A stretch of 64,000 nt of DNA from the human T2T-CHM13v2.0 reference genome, Homo sapiens (GCF_009914755.1 NC_060928.1), one strand, 5' to 3'; numbered from the stretch's first letter, positions 14,938-36,195 are shown. Translations and numbers: made by a program. The notes: generated by a model from the letters alone, not told the origin.

Positions 14938-16559
14938 CTGAAATAAAATATACAACAACTTTCCATTTAACGTTTACACAAGAACAGCAACATCTAGTGT
15001 ATCTCCATTACACTTTCCAGCTCTGAGAAAACTAAAGTTTTAAGTGAGAAAAAAATACTTAATATTTTTTCTATAAAAATGTTAGCATAGGGAAGAGTAT
15101 ATAAGGGATGACAAATGAGCCCAGTTTTCCATAGTGTGCAATTCCATTCCTGGTAGGAAATCAGGCATTTTTTTCACTCTTTCAGGACACTAGATTACTT
15201 TCATTACTGAATTGTAGAATATGCTATAAGTCATAACTAGAATACACTAGGTTTTATCCTAAAAAATGTAATTTTGCTTCTCTGGCATATCTTAATGGGT
15301 AGAAACTGGGAATGAAACAGACTTTATAAAAAGCACTGTTTGTGATATCCTCCCCCCAAAAATATGAATGCCTAAACACTGCATTCATCTGAATGTACCT
15401 AAGTAACAAAAAAATACAATGAGAGAGAAAAAGAGTGATTTTCTGAAAAACACTGAAAGACTGGAATTAATTTTGAGTTCAAAACAGATTCCTCCATAAT
15501 GCCGACAATGTGTATTTCCCCTGGGCACACAGGTACTCAGCAGGGAATTCAGTTGTTGCTTCATTTGAGGCCCAAACCAGGGGATCTGTGGGGTCTCTTA
15601 GGTATATCTGAGAGTTATCTTGGTCCATGTGTAGTTTTTCTATTACTTTTTTTCTAATGTGTGTGAAGGGGACATATCTCTTTGACCTGAAGAAGAAGCC
15701 CAATAACTATTTGTTGAATTTGAGTTTAAAAGAGTTTTGCCCCTGGTGGTTGGGCAAATTGCAAGGTGAGGGAGGGTGATTTTCTGTTGGTGGATATGCA
15801 CTCAGACAGGAATCAGACAGAACTGGAAGAGATCTTAACAGAAATTGAGTCCAAATTTCTCATTTTACAGAGGGAGAAGTGAGGTCAAGAGTTATCAGGT
15901 AGTTTAGAAAAATATTTCCTCTGGTTGGGAAAATGAAAGTCTAGCAAAGAAGCAAAACCTGGGCTAACAGTAGACAAGGGTTTCTTGGCCTATATATGCA
16001 GACTATATCACAGTCAAGAGCCTTTTTATCCCTATTCAATATTTGGAAAAAATGCATCTGGGAATGGTTTCTATTATACACTATGTTGGCTTGAGAATAA
16101 GTTAATGTCTGAAACACAAATTTTAAAAAAAGATTTGCATAAGAAATACCTAAAAAGTAATGATGGGGCACAAAGATGTGGTTTCAAAATAATTTGGAAA
16201 CTTTGATTTATGTGGTATTAGCCACGGCTATATATATTGTCAATTTAACATTAGTTAAGAACTAATTGGGCAGTTTGTGAACTATGCAAATCTTCAACTC
16301 TTCTTTCTTCTCCTTTCCACTACTTGCATGTTCATCATTTTACTGTTTATTATCCTTTTTTTTTTTTTTTTTTACAAAAGAGTGCAAAGGAATAAAAAGT
16401 TGAAAAATTTCCCTACCAAGTAGTTCTGATAAAGACTTGTGAACAAAAATCGAAGAATTCGCTAAAGGAACTTTATATATGGAGAGAGAGAGTTGAAAAG
16501 TGTTTCATATGCAGCATCAATCAGTAAAGAGAGGTTAATTCTTTGATCTTAACTTTTGA

Positions 16560-16565
16560 TTTAAT
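16560..16565 (-). terminator. Candidate FREM3 polyadenylation signal (ATTAAA)
   Basis: ATTAAA on the minus strand ~285 nt after the stop codon. An AATAAA at 16346-16351 is an alternative. Confidence 0.45.
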
Positions 16566-16847
16566 TGATCACAGTGGATTTCTTACTTGCCTCAGAAACA
16601 AAGTAAAACAAAATAGAAAAAGAACATGAACACAGTCTAATTATTTGTGGGCTCAATGTTTTCTAGGTATATATATTTCTATCTCCATGCAGTCATATAA
16701 ATTACATTTCCACATATCACCAGAATATAACACCAATGACAGTACAATATCACTGATATCCCAGAATTGCTAAGATCTATAAACAGTAGAGTTTCATTCT
16801 GTTGTTAGGAGACATATCTTGGCTGTTTTTTTCCCTCTTAAAGTCTT

Positions 16848-17089
16848 TCAATCAAAGGAACTACAAGCACTCTGCTTACAGTCCGTGATGGTGTCCTCGA
16901 TGAAAATGGTAGTTTTATTTGGTTCTCCAAGCACTGCACCCATAGGCATCTGAAGAAGTAATTCAAACTTCTCTGGGCCTTCCAAGGTAGGCTGTCCCAG
17001 GTCATCAAGGATGGTCACTTGGAATGTCTGCATGCGCACGCCTGGAGCAAAGTCCAGGTTTCGGCTGATACCAACATAATCTGTTCCAG
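16848..17089 (-). CDS. FREM3: FREM3 terminal coding exon (probably exon 8), ending by read-through of a splice donor
   Basis: tttttcactag|CTGGAACA; [70 protein letters not shown], then [17 protein letters not shown]2 homology ends at ACT|gtaagc (16880/16879). Confidence 0.93.
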
Positions 17090-17689
17090 CTAGTGAAAAA
17101 GGAAAAGGCACTGGTGAGACAGTAGGATTTGTCATAAGTTTTCCTTCAGAGAAAAATGAGAGCTCTCACCAACTCTGCGGCATTCACCTTTGTACCCAAC
17201 ACTCTCAGGATCATATACTTTGGGTTTGATCCCCAGAAGGGGGAACTTCCATATTCTACCAAATGCCTTGTAGTCCCTTGTGCCATGCCCACGTGCCATC
17301 CTCACCAGGGCTTTACACGTCTAGACCAGGCACATCACCTTCCAACTACTTCCACCAAGATTCTGCCAATTTATTGAAGGATCTCTGAAGGTAGCTTCAA
17401 TTTGAAATGAAAGGATTTGCCTTTTTAATTTTTTAACCTTGAAGATAAATGTAATACATTTTATTTTGATTAGGTTTCACTCATTCACTTTTGCCAGACA
17501 TCTGTTTTAATCTCACAACACTCTGCTCAATTTTATGAAGCCATGAAGTTCTGCCATTCTCTCGGTTGTTATTAATCATTTTTTCAAGCTGGTCCACCTC
17601 ACCGTACAGCTTCTTTGCGACTTATTTGGAAAGTCATCAAATGTAATGATCGTAACATGATAATCAATGGAATTAAATAGAAACCCCTG

Positions 17690-18370
17690 AGTGATATAAA
17701 TATAAAAATAAATCGAGGAACAGAATATTTATATTGTCTCAAGGTACTCCTCCATAAAATATTAATTGCAAAGGAAAAAAGGGAATATAATGAGGAACCC
17801 TGGCAGATACTACCTTACCCAACTGATCAAAGTTAACACCACCAGTAATGGGATAAATGGAAACTGTGTGCCATTTGACAGAATACAATGAGAGGATAGT
17901 ATCATCTTTGTGATATTCCTGCTAAAGATGCATTACCTGAATCTAATTATGAAAAACCATCAGACAAACCCAAATTTGGAAGACATTCTATATAGTATAA
18001 TAACTGGGTTGTAATCTTCAAAAGCATCAAGGTGTTGAGAGGACTGTTGTAGGTTGAAGAAAACAAAAGCAGACATGACAGCTAAATATAATGCATGATT
18101 TAGAACTGGATTCTTTTGCTGTAAAGAATGATTTGAGGCAACTGGTGAAATTTGAATGAGGTCTGAGTAGATTATGCAAGTGTATCAAGTTAATTTCTCA
18201 GTTTATGCTTGTTTTGTGGTTATACAAGAGAATGTCTTTGAAGGAATTACATTGTAAGTTTTTGGAGACATGGTTCCAAACTTAAACTCAAGAGTTGACA
18301 AAAAAAAAAAAAAGCGTCTCACTCTACTTGTTACTCTTCTGTAAGTTTGAGATTACTCCAAAAAATTTTC
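17690..18370 (+). mobile_element. Old L1 (L1MC-like) 3' fragment
   Basis: gatcaaagttaacaccaccagtaatggga...catcagacaaacccaaatt...gacattcta motifs. Confidence 0.65.
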
Positions 18371-18408
18371 TAAAAGGCACCAAATAGTGACATTAAGAAA
18401 ACAAAAAA

Positions 18409-18709
18409 AGCCGGGCCCGGTGGATCATGCCTGTAATCTCAGCACTTTGGGAGGCCGATGTGAGCAGATCACTTGAGGCCAGGAGTTTGAGACCAGCCTG
18501 GCCAACCTGGTGAAACCCATTTCTACTAAAAGTACAAAAATTAGCAGGGTATGGTGGTGAGTGCCTGTAGTCACAGCTACTTGGGAGGCTGAGGCTCAAG
18601 AATCAATTGAACCTGGGAAGCAGATATTTCAGTAAGCTGAGATCACGCCACTGTACTCCAGCCTGGGTGACAGAGTGAGAGCCTGTCTCAAAAACAAAAA
18701 CAAAAACAA
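18409..18709 (+). mobile_element. AluS-like element
   Basis: Full dimer with a (CAAAAA)n tail. Confidence 0.92.
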
Positions 18710-18759
18710 GGTTATAGTGAAAATTACTAAGGCAGGAGAGTAATGGATAAGGTTTTGTA

Positions 18760-18960
18760 TCTCATGGACTTTGACTCAAATCTTGGTTTATTGCTTACTT
18801 GTACTAATTCTTTAACTTCTTTGAGTCTCAGTTTCTTTTCTTCAACTGCAAAATGGGGATAATGATAGCTACCTTATAAGGTTTATTGTGAAGATTATGG
18901 ATGGTAGAGCAAGGATGCTAACACAGTATCTGGCAAATAGTAGGCATTAAGAACACAGAA
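18760..18960. mobile_element. MIR
   Basis: Core-like sequence gtctcagtttc...aaaatggggataatgatag...gtttattgtgaagatta. Confidence 0.7.
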
Positions 18961-21900
18961 GTTATAATAATTATTAATGTAACAAGTAATACCTTATACA
19001 TATATACATAAGATTAATATAGTTAACTAACCTTAGCGGATGTCAAATATTTACTAGGTTCAATAGATTATCAAGTATAAACCTTACTTCTACAACTCTA
19101 CTTGTTAAACCCATGAATCACTATCCCAAGCATGAACATTACTTTTATTAGTTCATCCCTACCAGACAGCTAGCAGAGGCGTCATTACTTTTATGCAAAG
19201 AGGTTTATCTAAAGGAATCTAAATTTCTCTTTCAAACCACAGGCAAAGAAGTCCACCTAACCAAATGGGTTTATTCACTCTTGGTTTCATGGATACATAC
19301 ACAGTGAGAAATGACCCTGTCTGAAAACTTAAAAAAGAATGAAAAAAAGGGGAGGAGAGTGCCAAGATGGCTAACTAGAAGCTGCTAGTGTGTGCTGCTC
19401 TCATGGAGAGGACAGAGAGTGGTGAATAAACACACAAGCTCTTCAGCTGGATTTTCTAGGTGGACAGGTTGAGATTCATCAAGGAAGCAACATGACCCAC
19501 AGAGAACATAGAAGAGTGAGACAGGACGGCTGCCCACCTAGGACTGGGGCAAAGCCAGGGGAGGATCCCCACCGTGGGTAAATGGTGAGTGCGACCCTCC
19601 TGGGACCCACAGTTCTTCCATGAACCTTTGCAACCCTGGGCTCTGGAAATCCCCCATGACCACCCCTACCACTGGTGCCTCCAGACAGACACAGGGAACT
19701 GTGTGGAGACTGGGCAGAGCTAAGGCTCAGGCATGCATGGAGTCCCAGGGGCTTTGGACCCCTGGGAACACTGGTACCAGCCTCTGGAGCTCCTGCTGCC
19801 TCACATGCCCCCAGGATAGGGGCTCTGTGAATTCACAGAGCTGAAGAGCAGATGGACTGCACAACTTGCCTCCACTGAACTCACTAAACAAAGCCCACTG
19901 GCCTGGGACCCCAGCATGGCCACCTGAGCTTGCAGGCTGGTAGGAGCCCTGCACTTCTCTGGGATGGAGATCCCAGTGGTAGCAGGCAGGCCTGTCAGTT
20001 TTGCTGGTCTGCAGCTCTTGCCCCTGCAGTCTTCAGGCTCTGGAGAGAGCACAAAGATTGAGAACTAATGTAACCCCCAGCACAGCACAGCTGCCTTATG
20101 GAGAAATAGACTGTTTTCCCCATGAGTCCTGCTTCTGCTACCTCTTACTGGGCAGGGCCTCCCGACCTGGGACACCAGCCACCCCAGCCCCACCTAGGCT
20201 CTTGGCTGGTAGCAGCTCCGCACTTCCTTGGGACAGAGCTCCCAGAAGTAGCAGTGCCACCATTTTTGCTGCTCCACAACCCCGGCTCCTGCTGCGCTCA
20301 GGCTTGGGAGGGAGCAAAGAGATTCAGGACTAACTCAGGCCTCCAGCCCAGTGCAGCAGGCTTATAGAAAACTGCCCAGACTGTTCTCCATGCGAGTCCC
20401 TGCCACTGTTATCCTCACTGGGTAGGGCCTCTTGATCTGGGAACCCAGCACAGCCATCTTGTCCCCATCTGAACCCTTTAGTCATTGGCGGCTCTGCATT
20501 TCTCTGGGGAGGAAATCCCAGAGACAATGCAAAACCTCTCTGCCATTGCAGCTGCAGTGGTACTGCCCTTACTGCCCTCAGACTGGGGAAGGAACAAAGG
20601 GCTGGTCAAGTCACTGACACCTCCGGCATGGCACAAACACCATACGAAGAGGAGCTCAGTTTCTGTTTCCTGGGAGCCTCTACTGTTCACCAGGCAGGGC
20701 CCCCAGCTCAGGACTGCAAAGCAGTTGCCCTGCCCCTGGCTGAGCATTCCCACTGGTAGTGGCTCTGTGTCTTCCTGGGCTGGAGCTCCCAGAGGCAACT
20801 GACAGCCCCTCTGCCACTGCCACTGCAGTGGTTCTGCCAGTGCTGCCCTCAGACTGGGGAAGGAACAAAGAGTCTGAGGGCTTTACTCACACCTCTACCG
20901 TGCCAGTTGCCATATGGACAGGAGCCAAGTCTCTCTTCCCTGTGAGACCCCAACCCCCTGCTCTTCACCAGACAGGGCTCCTGGCTCAAGACCACAGCAC
21001 AGCTGCACCACCTCCTGGCTGAACATTTCCATTGGCAGTGGCTCTGCATTTCTCTGGGGTGGAGCTCCCAGAGGCAACTGAAAGTTCCTTTGTTACTGCC
21101 ACTGTAGTGGTACTGCCCTTGCTGCCCCCAGAGAAGAAAAGGAACAAAGATTCTGAGTGCTTTACTCACACCTCCAGCTCTTAGCTGCCCTAAGGAGAAG
21201 AGGCCAGTCTGTCCTCCCTGTGAGCTTCCTGCACTCCCTGCCCATCACCAGGCAGGCCCTCCCCAGTGCCCCAAGCTTGGGCTCACAATGCAGCCACTCT
21301 GATTTGTAGTGGCTCTGTGTTTCTCTGGGGTGGAGCTCCAAGAGACAAGTCAAAGCCCTTTGCCATTACCACTGCTAAGGTCTCTGTCCTCGTCACCCCC
21401 AAGCTGGAGAGGGAGTGTAAAGCCTGAGCTTGCCTCAAGGCTGCGGTGTATAGCTTAGGAGTGCAAAGCCAAGATCTGCAGCCAGCACTCAGGTAAGAGA
21501 GGAACCCACACTGTTAGAGTGCTGAGAGGGAACATGGCTGCAAATGCACAGAGGAGCCATGTGGCTGAGTAAGAGCCTGCCTACCAGCCGTTACACTTAC
21601 ACGCCATCTACTAGATCACAGCCCAAACTTCAAAACCAAAAATACTTTGCATATAACACCCTGTGAAACCAAGGACAAGAATTCAGCTACATATGAAGAC
21701 CCTGAACAAAGCCTTGGCCCTCTGAAAACGTCCAGAAACAAAGTCAATTGACTATATTAAAATTACACCACAGTTAAAGGAATATCAGCCCATACAGATG
21801 AGAAAGAACTAGCGTAAGAACTCTGGCAATTCAAAAAGCTATAGTGTCTTCCTTCCTCCAAATGACTGCACTAGTTCCCCAGCAGTGGTTCTTAACCAGG

Positions 21901-22109
21901 CTGAAATGACTGAAATAACAGACATAGAATTCAGAATATGGATAGGAATAAAGATCATCGAGAATCAGGTGAAAGTCAAAACCAATCCAAGGAATCTAGG
22001 GATAATAATAAAATGATATAATAACTGAAAGATGAAATGAAGAAAGAGCCAACAGATCTGATAGAGCTGAAAACACTACAAGAATTTCATAATACGATTG
22101 AAAATATTT

Positions 22110-22402
22110 ATTATTTTTAAATTAATTAATTTACTTTTTTTTTTGAGACGGGTTTGAACTCTGTCACCCAGGCTGGAATGTATGGCTCATCACAGCCTCA
22201 ACCTCCTGGGCTCAGGTGCTCTTCCCACCTCAGTCTTACAACTAGCTTGGACTACAGGTGCACACCACCATGCCTGGCTAATTTTTTTGTATTTTTTGAA
22301 GAGATGGGGTTTTGCCATGTTGCCCACATTGGACTCAAGCAATCCACCTGCCTAGGCCTCCAAAAGTGCTAGGATTACAGATGAGAGCCACTGTGCCGGG
22401 CC
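22110..22402 (-). mobile_element. AluJ-like element inside L1 ORF1
   Basis: Diverged Alu dimer with small deletions. Confidence 0.85.
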
Positions 22403-23361
22403 AATTGCAAGTATTAACAACAGAATTGGCCAAGCTGAGGAAAGAATCTCATAGCAAAAAGGTTCTCTGAATGAACAGAATCAAAAATAAAGAGAAAAGA
22501 ATAAAAAAGAATGTGCAAAACTTCTTAGAAATACGGGATTCTGTAAAGAGACCAAATCTACGACTCATTGGCATCCCTGAAAGACAGGGAGAGAAACCAA
22601 ACAACTTGGAAAATATATTTGAAGATACTGTCCATGCATATTTCCCCAACTTCACTAGAGAGGCCAAAATTCAAATTCAGGAAATGCGGAGAACCCTTCA
22701 AGATACTGTATAAGACAACTATCCCTAAGACACATAGTCATCAGACTCTCCAAGGTTGACATGAAAGAAAAAAATATTAAAGGCAGCTAAAGAGAAGAGA
22801 AAGGCAGCAAAGAGAACCTCATCAGGCTAACAGCATATCTTTCAGCAGAAACTCTACAGGCCAGAAGAGATTAGGGGCCTTTATTAAGCATTATTAAAAA
22901 AAAAAAAGAATCTCAACCAAGAATTTTATATCCAGCCAAACTAAGCTTCATCAAAAAAGGAGAAATAAGATCTTCATCAGACAAGCAAATGTTAAGGGCA
23001 TTCATTACCACCAGACCTGCCTTACAAGAGGTTTTTAAAGGAGCACTAAATATGGAAATGAAAGACCATTATGGCCACCACAAAAACACACTTAAGTACA
23101 TAGACCATTGACACTATAAAGCAACTACACAATTGAGTCTGCATAATAAACCGCTAACAACAAGATGACAGCATTAAATCCTCACATATCAAATATTAAC
23201 CTTGAATGAAAACAGGCTAAATGACCCAATTAAAAGGCCACAGAGTTGCAAGTTAGATAAAGAAGAAAGATCCAACCACATGCTGTCTTCAAAAGACCCA
23301 TCTCACATGCAATGACAGTCATAGGTTCAAAGTAAAGGGATGGAGAAAAATCTACCAAACA

Positions 23362-23664
<303 letters not shown>

Positions 23665-25075
23665 AAAAATCTACCAAACAAATGGAAAACAAAAAAAGCA
23701 GGGGTTGCTATTCTAATTTCAGACAAAACAGACTTTAAGCCAGCAATGATAAAAAAGACAAAGACAGGCATTATATAATCGTAAAGGGTTTAATTCAACA
23801 AGAAGACTTAACTATCCTGAATATTTATGTGCCCAACAGAGGAGTATCCTCATTCATAAAACAAGTCCTTAAAGACCTATGAAGAGACTTAGATAACCAT
23901 ACAATAATAATGGGAGACTTCAACACCCTATTGACAGTATTAGACAGACCATCAAGGCAGAAAAGTAATGAAGATATTTGGGACCCAAATTTGACACTTA
24001 ACCAAATGGACCTAATAGACATTTATAACACTCTCCACCCAAAACCAACAGAATATACATTCTTCTCTTCTGCACATACACGTACTCTAAAATCGACTAC
24101 ACCGTTGGCCATAAAAATTATTAGCAAATTCAAAAAATTCAGAAGTATACCATCCACACTCTCAGATTATATAACAATAAAAATAGAAACCAATACCATG
24201 AAGATCACTCAAAACCATACAATTACATGGAAATTAAACAGCCTGCTCCTGAATGACTTCTGGGTAAACAATGTAATTAAGGCAGAAACCAAGAAATTTT
24301 TTTGAAACTAATGAGAACAAAGATACAACATACCAGAACTTCTGGGACACAGCTAAAGCAGTATTAAGAGGAAAGTTTATAGTGCTAAATGCTCACATCA
24401 AAAAGTTAGAAAGATATAAAATTAACAACCTAACACCACACCAAAAGGTCACAACTGCAAATGAGAAAATGTGGGCATCAATGTACATGGAAATGTCCTT
24501 TTCTTTTCCTATTGGGTCCTGTTCTTTTTCTGATAAAGCACCTGACAGGTACTCTAGAGGAAATGATATCTAGAATTGTGCCATGCTGTCAGCTAGGCCT
24601 TGATCATCCATGTCAGGAAATGCAAAGGTGAGCAGGGCATGAAGACATGCTGTTTGAAGCTAAGGCAAATGCCTGAGTCTGAAGTGAAAACCTCCTACAC
24701 TTCAAAGGTCTAATATGTGACGAGATTCTTCCACGAGTTGGGACTTGCTTGGCCATTATGGGGGTAATTTCATCTGAAATATTGTTTATGAGCAGCTTTA
24801 GGTATCTATAAATATTCTGAACTTTGGAAAAATTAATGTGAGCCCATGACAAGCCAGTGGGTAATAAATGAATCATAAAGGCTGCTGTTTGAATAATGTA
24901 CTTATTTTGTAACCAGCAGAAGTCATTATGTATACAAACCATCTACGTGCTGAAGCCAGAGAAACTTTCATTCAGAGTCCATCAACAAAGACTAAGCATG
25001 CTTACACTTAACAGACTAGACTCCACCATAAACATGTATCATGATAATGATATATTCTTTAAGTGGCCCTCTCAC

Positions 25076-25225
25076 CTTCTGCTGACTCCTGCTCTGACTT
25101 TCTGGAGCGCACGGCGATGGATGATGGTTGGGAAAGATCAGTGCCTCTTCTCCAAACACAAACCTCCACGTAGCGAGCACTTTCATTGACGTGATATTCA
25201 GCATCCCCAAAGTGCAGGACAGGTT
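25076..25225 (-). CDS. FREM3: FREM3 internal coding exon (probably exon 7)
   Basis: cctctttag|AACCTGTC...GCAGAAG|gtgaga; 150 nt, phase 1-1; [50 protein letters not shown]; joins its neighbours in frame. This frame is missing from the ORF track. Confidence 0.95.
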
Positions 25226-27479
25226 CTAAAGAGGCAAAAAAAGATACACTAAGAATGCTTCAGCCTGCCTGGTATACTGTCTCCTTTGGCCCTGTGTGAG
25301 CCTGGGCATTTGTCATAATTGTCAGACATGACAGATCCCATAGGTCTTGTTTTTTTATATAGCTCAGGGAGAACAAAAACAAAAACACACAAAAAGCCAC
25401 ATCAGAGTCACATACCATGACTTTGACTCCAGGAAATGCCATGAGATGAAGTCAGTTGAGATGCTATTCATTTTTTTGTTTTAAGAACTTTCCATTACAT
25501 AGAAGAGATTTTCCTATTAGGGAAAATTGGCCAATCAGCTGTAACTCAGGCAAGTCCACTATTGTTTGGGAAAAGATGGTGGAGAAGTTAGAGAGGCTTT
25601 TTTTGGCAGGGAGAAAATTGCTCTTCCTGTGGAGGGACAGTTGAGCCAGAATTCTGAGTTTGATCACTATGGCTATGCCTTTTCTTAGGGCATTTGCTGA
25701 TTACAGGGACAGATGGAAATCCTGGGGCAGTGAATGAGGGGGAGGAGAGATCCTGTTAGCTGAGATGCCAGAAGCGCTTCCCCAAGAGACCAAGAAGTGA
25801 CTCCATAGAAAAAGAAGGCTGAAGGAGAACAACCAGCACAGACACCAGGCTTCAGCGGTGGGTAGAAGGGAATTGTACATCTTCTAAAAGGAGAAAGAGG
25901 TTGACAATGCGAATGTTGCTTTGGCCAAGCAAATACACTTATCCATACCCCGTTCGCTCTTGTTCTAAAAGGTAGCTATGAACTTAGGTGATTATTTAAA
26001 GCATATACAAGGCTTAGCTGTAACAATACCTACTATATGTACTGTCATGAAAAAGATTTTGAGATGAATACTTTTGTTGGCTGTGACATCTGGAGGCAAA
26101 AAATGTAAATATTAGGAAGCAGATTCACCATGGAGGAACAACCCCTTGAGGTTGTTGAACGGAAAATTAGTTATGGAGATGACACCTTTGCAAATATATT
26201 GCAATGCACCAGGAGTGTATCTGAATTTAAATTCAAATTTTTGGAGGCTAGGAATCAGATTTAGTAAATATTATTTGTTTCAAGATGTATTTTAGTAGAT
26301 CTTTTAACTGCTGAGGGAGTAGTAGTAGTAAAACTGCAAGACCTCTCCTGTCCTGGTTATGCCAAACAGCTCCCAATACACTGAACACAGCATGCATTTG
26401 TGAGCCTCCATCTTTGTTGATGATGTTCTCTGAGCTGGAATGTGCCAATATGGCAAATGCCTACTCATTTTTTTAAGACTTTATTGATAAAGAGTTGCCT
26501 TCTCTGGGAAGCCATATTTATTTCCTCAATAAATAATCATTCTTCACTCTGTGCTTCCCTAACATTTCAAATAGTTCTATAACTGTAGTGATGGAATACA
26601 CTTGCAATTTGCTCACCTCAGGCATACAGCAGACAGGTGGCCTGCACTCAGAAAAGGGTGGTAGGGTCATTCTTTCTTTTCTTTTTAATGAACATGTAGT
26701 AATTGTATGTATTTATGGGGTACATAGTGGTGTTTTGATATATTTATGGCACAGTGATCAGGTCAGGGTAATGCACATATCCCATTCTTTCTTCTCTTAC
26801 CAAGAACTTTCTCCTCATTATTGCTAATGGGTGTTTCTGATGCCTCCACGGTTGGGACAGGAAAGAAGGAGGATAGGCAGGAGTAGGAGGAAAGTTCTTT
26901 CTTGAACACTTTCATGGATGTCAGTACTCTTTGGTTTTGGAAGATGGAAGAAAAGCTGATCCTGTTTATCATGGGCACTTTTGCAGGTTCTTTGGAGATC
27001 TCTCACTCCCACAGTTGGGTATCTCTTATCTGCAGTTCTCTTGATGAGGATGAAACAGATATATTCTGGCTGATCACTTAATCATTCCTCAACCTATTTA
27101 GCATTTGGAAGTACCTCTGTTCAGCCCTCTAGATGGCACCTTTGGACAAGTTCATTCTGGCTCACTCTTGTATGCATGGCTCACATGTGGTCCATGGCAA
27201 CCTTCCTGCATCCTCTGCCTTGATAAACTCCAGGAATACCACTTAACCCCAATGCAGTCCCTCTCTTTTGTTCATCCACCAAAGCAGCCAACCAGTTTAT
27301 CTCCCACATTCAGATTTTCCAGGCAGAGCCAGATCCCAGTTCATTGTGTTCTCCACATTGCAGGTGGCACACATCATACTGCCCAAATGGTCTCCTTCGA
27401 GCCCCCTCTCTTGATTTAGCACCTCTTTAAAATGCAAAAATGTTAAATTTACCATTCTAACATGCTATCCTGTGTTTTT

Positions 27480-33608
<6,129 letters not shown>

Positions 33609-34838
33609 CTGTCCTGTGTTTTTATCAGAGTCTTATGAACTGTTCTCAAGGTCAGGCACCATATTCTATATGCCCTTGTATTTTTAGTGATGCAGTGGCT
33701 GGCATATTGACAAAGTCTCAAGAATTTGTCAAATGGACATTTTTAACTCTCTTCTGATGTATTTTGAACTTATTACAAAGTTTGTTGAAAAAAACTTTGA
33801 ACAAAGTTACCTACATTTTTAGCAGAGGAATTATATTGTGTGGCATTGGGGAAGGGCAAGAAGTGAGAAAGGTAAAAAACATTTGGATCAGTTATACTGT
33901 TGTTTAGAGAAAAAAATGTCAGAACTCAAGCCTCTGAATACACTAAGATATAAGACATGAGAGGAGGGTAGTGTCACTTGGAAAAAATGTCATGAAATTC
34001 TTTCTAGATGCTCTAGGTATTGAGCATCAGGAGATCTGTCAGAACAGAGAAAACAGCTCCTCCATGTAGCACAGAAGAGTTTCCAAGTACTCTTTACCTT
34101 AGCTCTGTCTGAGAAACTGAGATGCTAGCAGTGATTCTAAAGGATGGGCAATTAGAAGAATATGATGCTTTGGCCACATCACATTTATGTTAAATGGATT
34201 CCACAGCCATAGATGTGTTTTAATCTCCTTTAAGAGAGAATGTTCTTTAAATGAAAATAGGAAAAATAAATATGACAAGGTCAGAAATTAAGCTCTCAAA
34301 GAGATAAAATTATCATTTAAAATGAGTTCAGTGTTCATATTCGGAGACGCTTAATGCCAGGTTTTGCAGGTGAGGTAACAGAAACACTGTTGGTAAACTG
34401 AGAAACCATACAGAACAGAATGGATGCCAAAAAATGGAAGATAGGAAAATATTTTTCCAGTTGTCTCAGGATAGAAAACAGATTCTAGAAACAGACGGGT
34501 AGGCTTAATCTTTAGAACAATTCTAGAGCTGCTTATTTAAACAGGTTTTGAATTCTGAGAAAAGAAAGACAATGCCCATTGGTCAGTATTGGTTCTGTAA
34601 TATCAGATTTGGCAAAGCCAATTCAATGTTTTTTTAAAAAATATTTTTTACTTCAGTTCAACGAACATCTATTGAGCATCCCCTATGTGCTGTAAGCATG
34701 GTGCTAGTTACTGGGAATGTAAACAGATATACAGTCTTGTTTTTGAGATATTTTTGGTATGACAGGGCCTCCACACCAGTTCCTTCTTTTGCTGTAGCAC
34801 TTAGGATTTCATTCAGCTATGCTATAGCAAAAGAAGGG

Positions 34839-35203
<365 letters not shown>

Positions 35204-35902
35204 TCATTAAAAATGAGTGAGAATTGACCAATGAGAGAGGTGGGAAAAATGTTCCAGGTAGAGTGGCTAGTAGGAACAAAGACACATAAGCATGAAAAAA
35301 GCCTACCGTTTAGGAAGGGATGCAAGAACTTGTTTATTGGTAGTGTGTAAGGTGAGAACAGAGGAATGTTTGGAATGAATTTAGAGAGGAACATAATCAT
35401 TTTAGGTAGATGGGACTTGATATTTTAGATTTTATAGAATGTGGAAACCAATTTTAGGCAGTGAAAAGGTGTTTGGTTTTTGTTTTCTGCACATCTGTCC
35501 AGTGTCAGTGTGGGCCATGAATTTAGGAGGAATTAGTGCAACCCATTAGAAAGGTATTGCAATTATTCATGTGAGACATGATGATGATTGATGATACTAC
35601 TAGTAGGCAGTAGTATTAGTGATGGAGTGGAAGAGGTGAATGTAAGAAATGCCCTGAACAGCACCCACTGACTAATGTAGCACTTCTGGGATGCCCTGCA
35701 AGTTTCTAGTGTTTGTGGGTGGGAGTGGGAGGCACTAATTCAGTTGGGAATAAAGCAGGTGGAACAGCATTGACTGAGGGTAAGAGAAAGAAAGATGATG
35801 AGTTTGGTTATAGGTAAGTTGAATTTGAATGGCCTGTGGTGCATTTAAGTAGATATTTTGGAAAAACCCTTTCATGCATGAATCTAGAGTTCAAAATCAA
35901 GC

Positions 35903-36195
35903 CTCACAGTGGTTCATGCCTGTAATTCCAGCACTTTGGGAGGCCGAGGAGAGGGGATCACTTGAGACCAGGAGTTCGAGACCAGCCTGGAAAACATAGC
36001 GAGATCCCATCTCTATAAAAAATAAAGAAATAATTAGCTGGGTGTGGTGCATATGCCTGTAGTCCCAACTTTGTGGGAGGCTGAGGTGGGAGGATCACTT
36101 GAGCCCAGGAGATTGTGGCTGCAGTGAGCCATGATTGTACCATTGCACAGCAGTCTGAGGAAAAGAGTGAGACTTTGTCTCAAAAAATAAAAAAT
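35903..36195 (+). mobile_element. AluJ-like element within L2-like sequence
   Basis: ggaggatcacttgagcccagga (J-type); flanks at ~35150-35900 and ~36200-36330 resemble L2. Confidence 0.85.

Noticed and set aside
19620-21353. Cluster of overlapping GC-rich ORFs
   Set aside because: Arise from L1 5'UTR tandem units; no coding signature.
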